Positions 27,906 through 42,010 of a DNA stretch of 64,000 bases are shown here, piece by piece. Source of the stretch: Candidatus Lachnoclostridium avicola (GTDB lineage: Bacteria; Bacillota; Clostridia; Lachnospirales; Lachnospiraceae); NCBI GenBank assembly GCA_019114465.1, contig DXFM01000016.1, positions 82 through 64,081 on the forward strand. Reading direction: 5' to 3'. Below the pieces are notes generated by a model that saw only the letters and a list, made by a program, of their open reading frames with translations, ran no database searches and was not told the DNA's origin. The translations under genes were made by a program, and so were the position numbers. Numbering within the stretch: the stretch's first letter is position 1; every line of letters starts with the position of its first letter.

Positions 27906-30900
27906 TCACGCCTCCCTCTTATTTCCAGTACTCTCGTAAAATGCCTCGATCTGCGCCTGTTCTCCCGTCAGCCCCTGTTCCTCCAGTCTGGCACACAGAA
28001 GCATCACCTTCCGGTAATCGTTGGGAATGATCTTTTTAAATTTCGGCAGATATTCCTCAAAATGCTCCAGGATCTCCTTTCCTCTCGGGGATCCGGTATA
28101 TCTGGTGTGTTCCTCAATCAGGCCTTTCAGCTCCTTGATGTCATAGCGGTTTTCCACCTTCTCCATGGCCACCATCTCTTTGTTCAGATGGCGGTACAGC
28201 TCGCTCTCCTCGTCCAGCACGTAGGCAATGCCTCCGCTCATGCCGGCGGCAAAGTTTTCTCCCGTCTTTCCCAGGACTACCACCCGGCCTCCGGTCATAT
28301 ACTCACAGCCGTGGTCACCTACGCCTTCCACCACGGCGCTGGCCCCGGAGTTTCTCACGCAGAACCGCTCTCCCGCCACGCCGTTGATATAGGCCGCTCC
28401 GCCGGTGGCTCCGTAGAGAGCCACGTTTCCGATGATAATATTCTCATCGGGACGGTATCCCGCATGCTCCGGAGGCGCCACGGAAAGAATTCCGCCGGAC
28501 AGGCCTTTGCCGAAATAGTCGTTGCTGTCTCCCTTTAAGTTCAGGGTCAGGCCTTTGGGTATAAAAGCCCCGAAACTCTGTCCGCCGGCTCCCCGGCAGT
28601 TCACCACGCAGGTGTTGTCCGGCAGTCCGTCCTTAAAGTGTCTGGTGATCTCCGAACCCAGGATTGTGCCGAAGGTCCGGTCCGTATTGGAGATTTCCAC
28701 AGATACGGCACAGGATTTTCCCGTCTCCAGAGTCTTCTGGAAAGCCGGCAGCAGCACCCGCACGTCCATACTCTTCTCCAGGTGGAAGTCGTAAGCCTTC
28801 TCCTGGCTGAACACTGCTCCCGGACCGCTGTGGCGTTCTCCCAGAATCTGGCTCAAATCCATCTCCGCCTGACGGCTGCCTGCCTTCGCCGGTTTTACCG
28901 CCAGCAGATCCGTCCGGCCCACCAGCTCCTCCACGGAGCGGACTCCCAGGGTAGCCATATATTCTCTCAGCTCCGCGGCGATAAACCGCATGAAGTTCTC
29001 CACATACTCCGGTTTTCCGGAAAAACGCTTCCGAAGTTCCGGATTCTGAGTGGCAATTCCCATGGGACAGGTATCCAGGTTGCACACCCGCATCATCACG
29101 CAGCCCAGAGCCACCAGGGGCGCGGTGGCAAAGCCGAATTCCTCCGCTCCCAGCATGGCCGCCACAGCCACATCCCGGCCGGTCATCAGCTTGCCGTCCG
29201 TCTCAATGGCCACCCGGTCTCTCAGGCCGTTTTTCATCAGAGTCTGGTGGGTCTCCGCAACCCCCAGCTCCCAGGGAAGGCCGGCATTATGGATGGAGCT
29301 GCCGGGAGCCGCCCCCGTTCCTCCGTCGCTTCCGGAGATGAGGACCACCTGGGCTCCCGCTTTCGCCACTCCCGCGGCCACCGTTCCCACACCGGCCTCG
29401 CTCACCAGCTTTACGGAGATTCTGGCGTCCCGGTTGGCATTTTTCAGGTCGAAGATCAGCTGGGCCAGATCCTCAATGGAGTAGATGTCGTGGTGGGGCG
29501 GCGGGGAGATCAGAGTCACTCCAGGCGTGGAGTGTCTGGTTTTCGCCACCCAGGGATAAACCTTGCCCGCCGGCAGGTGTCCGCCCTCTCCCGGCTTCGC
29601 TCCCTGGGCCATTTTGATCTGGATCTCCTTGGCGCTCACCAGATAGCGGCTGGTGACGCCGAACCGGCCGGAAGCCACCTGCTTGATGGCAGAGCACCGG
29701 TCATTGTCCGTCCCGGCGGAATCCAGGCGTTCCTCGCTCTCTCCGCCCTCTCCCGTATTGGACTTTCCGCCCAGGCGGTTCATGGCGATGGCCAGAGCCT
29801 CGTGAGCCTCCTGGGAGATGGAACCGTAGGACATGGCTCCTGTCTTGAACCGTTTTACGATCTCCTCCACCGGCTCCACTTCCTCCAGGGGAACGGGATG
29901 GTCCGCCGGAACAAATTCCATCAGGCTGCGGAGACTGCCGTAGCACTCCCGGTCCGCCGCTTTCGTATATTTCTTAAACATCTCATAGTCGCCGGTTCTC
30001 ACCGACTGCTGAAGGAGATGGATGGTCTCCGGATTGTACCGGTGCACCTCCCCCTGGCTTCTCATCTTGTGGTCTCCCACGCTGTCAAAGGTCAGGTCCG
30101 TCCACAGTCCCAGGGGATCGAAGGCTCTGGAGTGGAGCTCGTCCGCCTCCCTGGCAATATCTTCCAGGGTGATGCCTCCCACGCGGCTCACTGTGCCGGT
30201 AAAATACCGGTCGATCACATCCTGGGAAATGCCCACCGCCTCGAAAATCTTCGCTCCCTGATAGGACTGGATGGTGGAAATGCCCATTTTGGAGGCGATT
30301 TTGACAATGCCGTGAAGCACGGCGCTCCGGTAATCCGCCTCCGCCGCGGAGTAATCTTTGTCCAGCATATGCTCGTCTATGAGCTGTCCCACCGTCTCCA
30401 GGGCCAGGTAGGGATTGACGGCGCTGGCGCCGTAACCTAAAAGAGCGGCGAAATGGTGGACATCCCTGGGCTCTCCTGATTCCAGGATCACCGACATGGC
30501 CGTCCTTCTCCTGGTCTGCACCAGATGCTGGTGAACGGCGGAAACCGCCAGCAGGGAGGGAATCGCCACATGGTTTTCATCCACTCCCCGGTCGGACAGG
30601 ATCAAAATAGCCGCCCCGTCCCGGTAGGCCTTATCCACCTCCACGAACAGCTGCTCGATGGCCCGTTCCAGTCTGGCGCTCTTATAGTAGGTGATGGGGA
30701 GAACCGCCGTTTTCAGACGGCTGCTCTTCAGCTCCTTCAATTTCAGCATATCCGTGTTGCTCAGAATCGGCTGGCTGATCTTTAACACCTGGCAGTTTTC
30801 CGCCAGGTCTTCCAGCAGATTTCCGTCCCGTCCCACATAGACGGCGGTGCTGGTGACGATCTCCTCCCGGATGGCGTCGATGGGCGGATTGGTCACCTGG

Positions 30901-32450
30901 GCAAACATCTGCTTGAAATAGTGGAACAGCGGCTGAGGCTCGTCGGAGAGAGCCGCCAGAGGAGTATCAGAACCCATGGCTCTCGTTCCCTCCGCCCCGT
31001 TTAAAGCCATCTCCCGGATGGAGGTGCGGTACTCCTCATAGGTGTAGCCGAAAGCCTTCTGCAGTCTCGCCCTCTGCTCCGGCGTGTGCACCGGCACGCT
31101 CTTGTTGGGGATCTTCAAATCCTCCAGGCGCACCAGGCCGCCGTCCAGCCACTCCCCGTAGGGCTGCCGTCCGGCGTAATGGCTCTTGATCTCCTCATCC
31201 TGGATAATCTTGCCCGCTCTGGTGTCCACCAGAAGCATTTTTCCGGGATGGAGGCGCTCCTTCAGCACGATCTCCTCCTCCGGCACCGGAAGTACGCCCA
31301 CTTCAGAAGCCAGGATCACCGTCCCGTCCTTTAACACGTAGTACCGGGAGGGACGCAGGCCGTTCCGGTCCAGAACGGCGCCCATCACGTCTCCGTCGGA
31401 GAACACGATGGAGGCCGGGCCGTCCCAGGGCTCCATCATGGTGGCGTAGTACTGGTAAAACTCCCTCCGCCTCTGATCCATGGCCCGGTTGTTCTCCCAG
31501 GGCTCCGGAATGGCGATCATTACCGCCAGGGGCAGGTCCATGCCGTTCATCATGAGAAATTCCAGGGCGTTGTCCAGCATGGCGGAATCCGACCCCTTTG
31601 CGTTAATTACCGGGAAAATCTTGTGCAGCTCCTCGTCCAGACAGGGGGACTCCATGGTCTCCTCCCTGGCCAGCATTTTGTCCGCGTTTCCCCGGATAGT
31701 ATTGATCTCTCCGTTGTGAACGATGAGACGGTTGGGATGAGCCCTCTCCCAGCTGGGCTCCGTGTTGGTGCTGAACCGGGAATGGACCATGGCGATGGCG
31801 GACTCATAGTGCTCCGACTGCAGGTCCGGATAGAAGGTGCGCAGCTGGCCTACCAGAAACATTCCCTTGTACACGATGGTACGGCTGGACAGGGAGGCCA
31901 CATAGGTGCCGTCGTTGCTCTGCTCAAACACCCGCCGGGTGACGTAGAGCTTCCGGTCAAATTCCAGGCCCTTCGCCGTTCCCTCCGGCCGTCCCACAAA
32001 TCCCTGCATGATGCAGGGCATGCACTCCCGGGCTTTGTGGCCCAGGACGTCAGGACGGACCGGCACCTCGCGCCAGCCTAAAAATTCCATGCCCTCCTTC
32101 TCCACGATCACCTCAAACATCTTTTTGGCCTGGTTCCTCTTCAGCTCATTCTGAGGGAAGAAAAACATGCCGATGCCGTAATCCCTCTCTTCTCCCAGGG
32201 AAATGCCGATCTTTTCACACTCTTCCTTAAAAAACCGGTGGGAGATCTGAAGGAGTATTCCCACTCCGTCTCCCGTCTTTCCCTCGGCGTCCTTTCCAGC
32301 CCGGTGTTCCAGGTTCTCCACTATGCGCAGGGCCTGCTCCACCGTGTTCCGGCTCTTTCTTCCTTTCATATCCACCACGGCTCCGATGCCGCAGTTATCG
32401 TGTTCAAACTGGGGCCGGTAAAGGCCCTGCTGGTCCGGGTTCTGTTTCAT
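27906..32450 (-). CDS. gltB: Glutamate synthase large subunit
   Basis: EHDNCGIG Ntn cysteine, HSRFSTNT, QGAKPGEGG, CVMMRVCNLDTC 3Fe-4S. Confidence 0.98.
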   Translation of the reverse strand: MKQNPDQQGLYRPQFEHDNCGIGAVVDMKGRKSRNTVEQALRIVENLEHRAGKDAEGKTGDGVGILLQISHRFFKEECEKIGISLGEERDYGIGMFFFPQNELKRNQAKKMFEVIVEKEGMEFLGWREVPVRPDVLGHKARECMPCIMQGFVGRPEGTAKGLEFDRKLYVTRRVFEQSNDGTYVASLSSRTIVYKGMFLVGQLRTFYPDLQSEHYESAIAMVHSRFSTNTEPSWERAHPNRLIVHNGEINTIRGNADKMLAREETMESPCLDEELHKIFPVINAKGSDSAMLDNALEFLMMNGMDLPLAVMIAIPEPWENNRAMDQRRREFYQYYATMMEPWDGPASIVFSDGDVMGAVLDRNGLRPSRYYVLKDGTVILASEVGVLPVPEEEIVLKERLHPGKMLLVDTRAGKIIQDEEIKSHYAGRQPYGEWLDGGLVRLEDLKIPNKSVPVHTPEQRARLQKAFGYTYEEYRTSIREMALNGAEGTRAMGSDTPLAALSDEPQPLFHYFKQMFAQVTNPPIDAIREEIVTSTAVYVGRDGNLLEDLAENCQVLKISQPILSNTDMLKLKELKSSRLKTAVLPITYYKSARLERAIEQLFVEVDKAYRDGAAILILSDRGVDENHVAIPSLLAVSAVHQHLVQTRRRTAMSVILESGEPRDVHHFAALLGYGASAVNPYLALETVGQLIDEHMLDKDYSAAEADYRSAVLHGIVKIASKMGISTIQSYQGAKIFEAVGISQDVIDRYFTGTVSRVGGITLEDIAREADELHSRAFDPLGLWTDLTFDSVGDHKMRSQGEVHRYNPETIHLLQQSVRTGDYEMFKKYTKAADRECYGSLRSLMEFVPADHPVPLEEVEPVEEIVKRFKTGAMSYGSISQEAHEALAIAMNRLGGKSNTGEGGESEERLDSAGTDNDRCSAIKQVASGRFGVTSRYLVSAKEIQIKMAQGAKPGEGGHLPAGKVYPWVAKTRHSTPGVTLISPPPHHDIYSIEDLAQLIFDLKNANRDARISVKLVSEAGVGTVAAGVAKAGAQVVLISGSDGGTGAAPGSSIHNAGLPWELGVAETHQTLMKNGLRDRVAIETDGKLMTGRDVAVAAMLGAEEFGFATAPLVALGCVMMRVCNLDTCPMGIATQNPELRKRFSGKPEYVENFMRFIAAELREYMATLGVRSVEELVGRTDLLAVKPAKAGSRQAEMDLSQILGERHSGPGAVFSQEKAYDFHLEKSMDVRVLLPAFQKTLETGKSCAVSVEISNTDRTFGTILGSEITRHFKDGLPDNTCVVNCRGAGGQSFGAFIPKGLTLNLKGDSNDYFGKGLSGGILSVAPPEHAGYRPDENIIIGNVALYGATGGAAYINGVAGERFCVRNSGASAVVEGVGDHGCEYMTGGRVVVLGKTGENFAAGMSGGIAYVLDEESELYRHLNKEMVAMEKVENRYDIKELKGLIEEHTRYTGSPRGKEILEHFEEYLPKFKKIIPNDYRKVMLLCARLEEQGLTGEQAQIEAFYESTGNKREA

Positions 32451-32501
32451 AAGCCATTCCTTCCTTTGCTGTATTGTTGATCTGCTCTGGCCGCCTGCTG
32501 T

Positions 32502-34190
<1,689 letters not shown>

Positions 34191-34213
34191 TCATTGGAAT
34201 ACCTTTTACATAA

Positions 34214-34282
34214 GAAAAAGGGGTCTTAATCCCTGGAACCGCCGGTTGTGCCGGCCGTCCGGTTTTAAGACGCCCTTGTCTC
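34214..34282 (-). terminator. Leader terminator with overlapping ANTAR-type hairpin upstream of pyrG-gltBD
   Basis: AGAC-AAGGGC-GTCT hairpin competes with AAGGGCGTCTTAA...TTAAGACCCCTTTTTC; promoter TTTACA-17-TAAGAT upstream. Confidence 0.7.
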
Positions 34283-34370
34283 CTATAGTATTTGAAAAAC
34301 TCTTTTAAAGTCTAATCTTATTCCAACTTTCCCGATTTGTAAAGACCTAAAAAAAATTTTTAATTTTCTC

Positions 34371-34398
34371 TTGACAATTTTCCGGAAACGAGTATACT
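34371..34398 (+). promoter_or_regulatory. SigA promoter of the GS-III gene, with CodY-box-like spacer
   Basis: TTGACA-16 bp-TATACT; AATTTTCCGGAAACG overlaps it. Confidence 0.75.
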
Positions 34399-34408
34399 AC
34401 AGACCATA

Positions 34409-34456
34409 AAGCAAGGGTGCTTCGGTTTTGAAAAAGGCCGAACACCCTTCTTTTTT
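34409..34456 (+). terminator. Leader terminator with overlapping ANTAR-type hairpin upstream of GS-III
   Basis: AAGC-AAGGGT-GCTT hairpin competes with AAGGGTG.TTCGG...CCGAACACCCTT.TTTTTT. Confidence 0.75.
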
Positions 34457-34577
34457 ATATTCAGGCGTCAGAAAACGGTCTGTTTTCCCACACAGTATTC
34501 CCCTTTATTCATACATAAATGCGGGAAACTGGCCGGACGCCTCCAAAGGCAGTAGCAGAAGGAAAGGAGAGCTTTTT

Positions 34578-36668
<2,091 letters not shown>

Positions 36669-36689
36669 ATATATTCCAACCTTTTCCTT

Positions 36690-36722
36690 ATTCGGGCGCC
36701 GGACCTTCCGGCGCCTGAATTC
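36690..36722 (+). terminator. Hairpin after GS-III (weak terminator or stabiliser)
   Basis: ATTCGGGCGCCGG-ACCTT-CCGGCGCCTGAAT, short T tail. Confidence 0.55.
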
Positions 36723-36777
36723 CGTTGTCCGAAAAATCGGAGCCTTACTCTAATCACCTAAATCAGGAGGATCAAAC

Positions 36778-38259
36778 ATGGATCAGCATTTTACATCACA
36801 GACAGTCAGCACAGACAGCCGCCCCGCCCCCATCTCCGCCGGATATGCTTCCGGAGTGCGGGAAGAGTGCGGGATCTTCGGCATCTATGACACTGCCGGC
36901 GGCGGCGTGTCCAGGGAAATCTACCGGGGCCTGTGCGCCCTGCAGCACCGGGGCCAGGAGTCCTGCGGCATCGCCGTCTCTTCCACCGACGGTCCGCCTA
37001 AAAATATTCGGTTTCACAAGGGACTGGGGCTGGTAAGCGAGGTCTTCGACGAACCCCGGATCGCCTCCCTCACCGGCAATCTGGGCGTCGGCCACGTCCG
37101 CTACTCCACTGCCGGATCCACCACCGTGGAAAACGCCCAGCCCCTGGTGCTCAACTACATCAAGGGAACCCTGGCCCTGGCCCACAACGGCAATCTGATC
37201 AACGCCGCCAGGCTGCGCCGGGAGCAGGAGTACACCGGCGCCCTCTTTCACACCACCATCGACTCGGAGGTAATCGCCTACGGCATCGCCAGGGAACGGG
37301 TCCGCTGCGCCTCCGTGGAGGAGGCGGTGAAACGGACTGCCGTCCACCTGGAAGGAGGCTATGCTCTGGTGATCACCAGTCCCAGAAAACTGATCGGAGT
37401 CCGGGATCCCTACGGCCTGAAGCCCCTCTGTCTGGGACAGAAGGGATCCTCTTGGATTCTCGCCTCGGAGAGCTGCGCTCTCTCCTCCATCGGGGCGGAA
37501 TTTGTCCGGGACATCCGGCCGGGAGAGATCGTCACCATCACCGCGGACGGCATCCACTCCGACTACATGGAAGCGCCTCAGGCCCGGCCGGCCCACTGTG
37601 TATTTGAATACATTTACTTTGCCCGCTTGGACAGCGTCATCGACGGCGTCTCCGTCTACAATGCCCGCTTAAAAGGCGGAGCCGCCCTGGCCCGGTCCTG
37701 TCCCGCAGACGCCGACCTGGTGGCAGGCGTTCCCGACTCCGGCCTGACGGCGGCTGTGGGCTTTTCCCAGGCCTCCGGCATCCCCTTTGCCCTGGCCTTT
37801 TACAAAAACAGCTACGTGGGCCGCACCTTCATCAAACCCACCCCGGAGGAACGGCAGAGCGCCGTGCAGATGAAATTAAGCGTGCTGGAGCCGGTGGTTC
37901 AGGGCAAGCGGATCGTGCTGGTGGACGACTCCATCGTCCGCGGCACCACCATGTCCGCCCTGATAAAAATGCTCCGGAAGGCCGGAGCGAAGGAGGTTCA
38001 TGTGCGGATTTCCTCCCCGCCCTTCCTTCACCCCTGCTACTTCGGGACAGACGTTCCCTCCAACCGGCAGCTCATCGCCTCCGACCACTCTGTGGAGACG
38101 GTCCGCAGCCTGATCGGCGCCGACTCCCTGGCCTACCTGTCCATGGAGGACCTGGCGGACATGACGGAAGGCCTTCCCCTGTGCCGCGCCTGTTTTGACG
38201 GCCATTACCCCATGGAAGTTCCGGAGGGAGATATCCGCAACGCCCTGGAGGAACTGTGA
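36778..38259 (+). CDS. purF: Amidophosphoribosyltransferase
   Basis: EECG propeptide/Cys, LQHRGQES, LVDDSIVRGTT, Fe-S cysteines CVFE, PCYFG, CRAC. Confidence 0.97.
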   Translation: MDQHFTSQTVSTDSRPAPISAGYASGVREECGIFGIYDTAGGGVSREIYRGLCALQHRGQESCGIAVSSTDGPPKNIRFHKGLGLVSEVFDEPRIASLTGNLGVGHVRYSTAGSTTVENAQPLVLNYIKGTLALAHNGNLINAARLRREQEYTGALFHTTIDSEVIAYGIARERVRCASVEEAVKRTAVHLEGGYALVITSPRKLIGVRDPYGLKPLCLGQKGSSWILASESCALSSIGAEFVRDIRPGEIVTITADGIHSDYMEAPQARPAHCVFEYIYFARLDSVIDGVSVYNARLKGGAALARSCPADADLVAGVPDSGLTAAVGFSQASGIPFALAFYKNSYVGRTFIKPTPEERQSAVQMKLSVLEPVVQGKRIVLVDDSIVRGTTMSALIKMLRKAGAKEVHVRISSPPFLHPCYFGTDVPSNRQLIASDHSVETVRSLIGADSLAYLSMEDLADMTEGLPLCRACFDGHYPMEVPEGDIRNALEEL

Positions 38260-38299
38260 TAAAGAAACGAAATCCGCCCGCCGGTTTTTCCGGTGGGTG

Positions 38300-39706
38300 T
38301 TCTTTTTTGCTGCTTCCGCCGATTTTAACTCCCGGTTCAGACGGGAAATCTCATCTCTATACATCTGCAGGCGGTCCCGGTTCTGTCTGTAATGTCTGCT
38401 CAGTTCCCCGATCTCCCGCCACCTGGGCTCCTTTTCCAGGAAACGCTCCAGGCGGATCCAGCCCTCTGCCATGCCCTGATTGATCTCTCCCAAAGGCTCT
38501 GTCAGATGTTTTTTCACGCTCCTGCGGAAGGCTGAAAGGCCCAGGAGCGCAAACGCTCCCGTAAACACGTAGATATCCCGAAGGAAATCCACCGCTATGC
38601 GGATCGGGCTGGCCTGAACGGCTGTCAGCACTGTATAGTCAGCTTCCGGAAAGGGCTCACCCGTACGGCCGTCATAGTCCGCGGCATCATAATACCGGTT
38701 TTCAGAGAATACGACCGTATTCCACAGGTCAAACTGAGACCCATCCTCCGGGGAGCCGGACTGATCTCCGGAGAAGCGCCCCTTCACACTCTCCAAAAGT
38801 GCGGACAGATTCTCATACTCCTCCCCCTGAAAGCGGACCATACCGCCCTTCTCATAGATGCTCATCCTGGGATAGAAGGCGTAGATCGTGGTCATCTCCT
38901 GCCCGGGTTTCCCCTGAGATGTATGGTCATATGGGATTTCCCAGCTGAGAAGCCCTGCCCGGTCAAGGGCGCTGAGACTGTTTTCCGATTTCTGCTGATC
39001 ACCGAAGGCCGGCTCTGAGATCCCATCTTCGGCGGCCGTCACCGCCTCCACATAGGCATCCTGGTCGGCGAAAGCAAACGCCAGTGGTTCAAACCTGGAG
39101 CCTTCAAAATATCCGGTCAGGCGATAAGCCATATCATCATACAGCACGGCATTTCCCTGGTATTCGTCCCGCAGAAAATCAAACCGTTCGTCCCCCTCAT
39201 CGCTTAAATCGATCCAGCCATATCCGTCTACCCCCCCTGTTTTCCCTGCCGGCGTTCCAGGTCTCTTCGGTGACATAGGGAAAATATACGTAATCACCGC
39301 TCTGATGAACCACATTTCCCTCCCGGTCAAAAAACATCACTGCCGTCTGACAGGCCTCGACAATGTTCCTGTACGGACCAGGCAGAGTCTTTTCGCCGGA
39401 CCAGCCCTCAGAATCCGGTGCCCTCACTCCCACTCCGGACAGGGCCATGGCATCCAGCATGGCATATTCCATCGCACCGGACTTGCGCTTTTTCTCCGCC
39501 AGCATTTCCTGGTCGGAGTAATAATCATCCAGAATCCTCCCCGCGTTCTCCGAAAATGTCAGTCCCTTATCCCTCAGCTCCAGAAATACATACTGCGCCG
39601 TGCCATAAGTAAAACACCCCATGCACAGCAGCCACAGCGCGAGCACCCATGCGCCGGCCCGAATGGTGACTGCCCTCAATACGCCTACCTGTTTTCTCTC
39701 CTTCAT
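38300..39706 (-). pseudogene. Frameshifted, C-terminally truncated membrane sensor (histidine-kinase-like) remnant
   Basis: TM, large extracellular domain, TM, HAMP-like (PLGEI...REIGEL) split across two frames near a G7 run; no HisKA/HATPase; frame runs on into purF antisense. Confidence 0.65.
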
Positions 39707-39872
39707 GTTCTCATCCCCTTCTCTTCCATCGGAAACCATCGGACTGCCTTTTTTCCATTATAACATACCGGACCGCCCCGGGGAGAGCCTGCGACACAAA
39801 AAAGCGATACCCAGCCTCAAAACCGGATATCGCCTTCTATCATCTTATGTTCCGTTACCTCACATTCCGCTA

Positions 39873-41315
39873 TCAGTATGTCTCCAGAGGCGGCTGCACA
39901 GAATCCGGCAGAGGACACTCATAATGCCCGCCATTTCTCTTTGTCACTTCCGCCTTTGCCTTCTCTATCACATCCGGCCGGTCCATGGTGCGGATGCAGG
40001 ACAGCGCTATCACTTTTGCGGCCGTCAGAAGCCCTTTATGGGCCAGCGGGCTGCAGGACTGAGCCGTCATCTGCCAGGTGTGGCCCACATTTCCCACACA
40101 GGCTGTAGCCACATGGATATTCAGGGTGGGCACGGCATAGCCCACGTCTCCCACATCGGTGGATCCCGCCTGAAGCACAATCTTCTTCGGGTCATAGGGA
40201 TGAACTTCGCTGTCCAGGGGACGGTTCCAGATCTCCTCCACCCGGTCTTCCCCGTAAAGCTCCTCCATGGACGCTCGGATTCTGGCCTTCGTCTCCTCAT
40301 TGTAGGTATCCAGGAAGCTCTTTGCCAGCCGGTAATCCTCCTCACTCCATTTCGGCGCACCGATCTCCGCCAGACACTCATCCGCCACGGAAGCCAGGGC
40401 ATTGTTGGGAATGTACTCCGTAAACGCCATGGCCAGCTCACACTCCATGGTGGTGCCGGTCATGATGGACGCTCCTCTGGCCACCTCTTTCACTCGGGCA
40501 AACAGGTCTTTCACCTGACTCACATAGGGAGCCCGCACCTCATAGCGGACGCAGGAGTGGTCCTGCACCACGTTGGGGGCAGTTCCGCCGGTGTCAATGT
40601 AGGCGTAGTGGATCCTCGCCTCCGGGATCACATGCTCCCGCAGATAGTTGCATCCCACTCCCATGAGCTCGCAGGCGTCCAGGGCGCTTCTGCCCAGATA
40701 GGGGGTGGATCCGGCGTGGGAGGAAATCCCCTTAAACCGGAAATTGGCTCCCATGATGGCGTTGGAGTGGACTGCCTCCACCTCATTTACCGTGGCCGGA
40801 TGCCAGGTATACACAAAATCCACGCCGTCGAAGACTCCGGCTCTGGCCATAAACTGCTTGGATCCGGCGCCCTCCTCTGCGGGACAGCCGAAATAGATGA
40901 TGGTGCCGTCCTTCCCCGTCTCTTTCAAATATTCCTTCACCGCAACGGCGGCCGCCAGAGCCCCCGTTCCCAGGGCGCAGTGACCGCAGCCGTGACCGGC
41001 TCCTCCCGGCTGACGCTCCTTTTTCACTGCCACTCCCGGCTCCTGGCTCAGACCCGCCAGGGCGTCATACTCTCCCAGGATTCCCATCACCGGCTTTCCG
41101 CTGCCCTGGCTCCAGGTACCTGTAAAACAGGTGGGAATCCCGGCCATGCCGGTCTCCACCTGAAATCCTTCCCGGCGGAGCATCTCTTCCAGCATTTCCG
41201 CTGACCGTTCCTCGTGAAATGCCAGCTCCGCAAAGCCCCAAATCTCATCGTTGGCACGGATATATTTGTCTTCATTTTTGTCGATAAACTGTTCCACCCA
41301 TTCTCTGTCGTTCAT
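39873..41315 (-). CDS. M20 amidohydrolase (AbgB, p-aminobenzoyl-glutamate hydrolase subunit B-like)
   Basis: GEYDALAGLSQ, GHGCGH, GCPAEEG, GRSALDA, GSTDVGDV. Confidence 0.88.
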   Translation of the reverse strand: MNDREWVEQFIDKNEDKYIRANDEIWGFAELAFHEERSAEMLEEMLRREGFQVETGMAGIPTCFTGTWSQGSGKPVMGILGEYDALAGLSQEPGVAVKKERQPGGAGHGCGHCALGTGALAAAVAVKEYLKETGKDGTIIYFGCPAEEGAGSKQFMARAGVFDGVDFVYTWHPATVNEVEAVHSNAIMGANFRFKGISSHAGSTPYLGRSALDACELMGVGCNYLREHVIPEARIHYAYIDTGGTAPNVVQDHSCVRYEVRAPYVSQVKDLFARVKEVARGASIMTGTTMECELAMAFTEYIPNNALASVADECLAEIGAPKWSEEDYRLAKSFLDTYNEETKARIRASMEELYGEDRVEEIWNRPLDSEVHPYDPKKIVLQAGSTDVGDVGYAVPTLNIHVATACVGNVGHTWQMTAQSCSPLAHKGLLTAAKVIALSCIRTMDRPDVIEKAKAEVTKRNGGHYECPLPDSVQPPLETY

Positions 41316-41331
41316 GGATCTTCTCCTTTCA

Positions 41332-41997
41332 TCAGCCTTCTGCCAGGCGCATTCTCCATTCCATCACGTTCACTACCTGGGACAGAACCGTAGTCACCAG
41401 AAGGTAGATCATCCCGGCGATCAGAATGGACTCAATGGGAATATAGGTAGCTGCCAGCACTGTCTTGTAGGAGGTGGTCAGCTCATTGATAAAGAACACG
41501 GAAGCCAGGGACACCTGCTTGATCATATTGATAAATTCATTTCCCAGGGCGGGAAGGATGTTGCGTACCGCCTGGGGAAGTACCACCTTGAACATGGCCT
41601 GGCTGCCGGTCAGACCCAGACACCTGGCCGCCTCCATCTGCCCCGAATCCACTGCCTGAACTCCGGCGCGGATGATCTCCGCCACATAGGCCCCGGAATT
41701 GACAATCAGAGCGATGATGATGCAGGCTGTATCCGGAATTTCAAAAGGAAGAACCCTTGGAAGAAGGATCCAGAAGAAATACAGCTGAAGCAGGATGGGT
41801 GTGCCCCGCAGCACCCATACATACCCTTTTACAAACCACTGAAGGGGTTTGATCTTCGACATCCGGAACAGAGCCAGAGCCGTACCAATGATAGTTCCCG
41901 CTACAATGGTGATACCGGCCAGACAGAGAGTTCCGGCCAGTCCCTGGGCATATACATACCCATATCTTTGAAGAATTTTTATAGTCGTCTCAATCAT
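41332..41997 (-). CDS. Polar amino acid ABC transporter permease
   Basis: RGTPILLQL, AYVAEIIRAG, GQMEAA (EAA loop). Confidence 0.95.
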   Translation of the reverse strand: MIETTIKILQRYGYVYAQGLAGTLCLAGITIVAGTIIGTALALFRMSKIKPLQWFVKGYVWVLRGTPILLQLYFFWILLPRVLPFEIPDTACIIIALIVNSGAYVAEIIRAGVQAVDSGQMEAARCLGLTGSQAMFKVVLPQAVRNILPALGNEFINMIKQVSLASVFFINELTTSYKTVLAATYIPIESILIAGMIYLLVTTVLSQVVNVMEWRMRLAEG

Positions 41998-42010
41998 GAC
42001 AATGCCTCCC

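Noticed and set aside
28638-30440. 600-aa plus-strand ORF
   Set aside because: Antisense shadow of gltB with His/Gln/Leu-rich mirror composition
34428-34577. N-terminal extension of GS-III (similar over-extended starts for nrdJ, topA, dprA, gatB, pyrG, purO, pyrB, rpoD)
   Set aside because: Extensions overlap leaders or neighbouring genes; downstream starts have an RBS and match family N-termini
39621-41204. 527-aa plus-strand ORF
   Set aside because: Antisense shadow of the amidohydrolase
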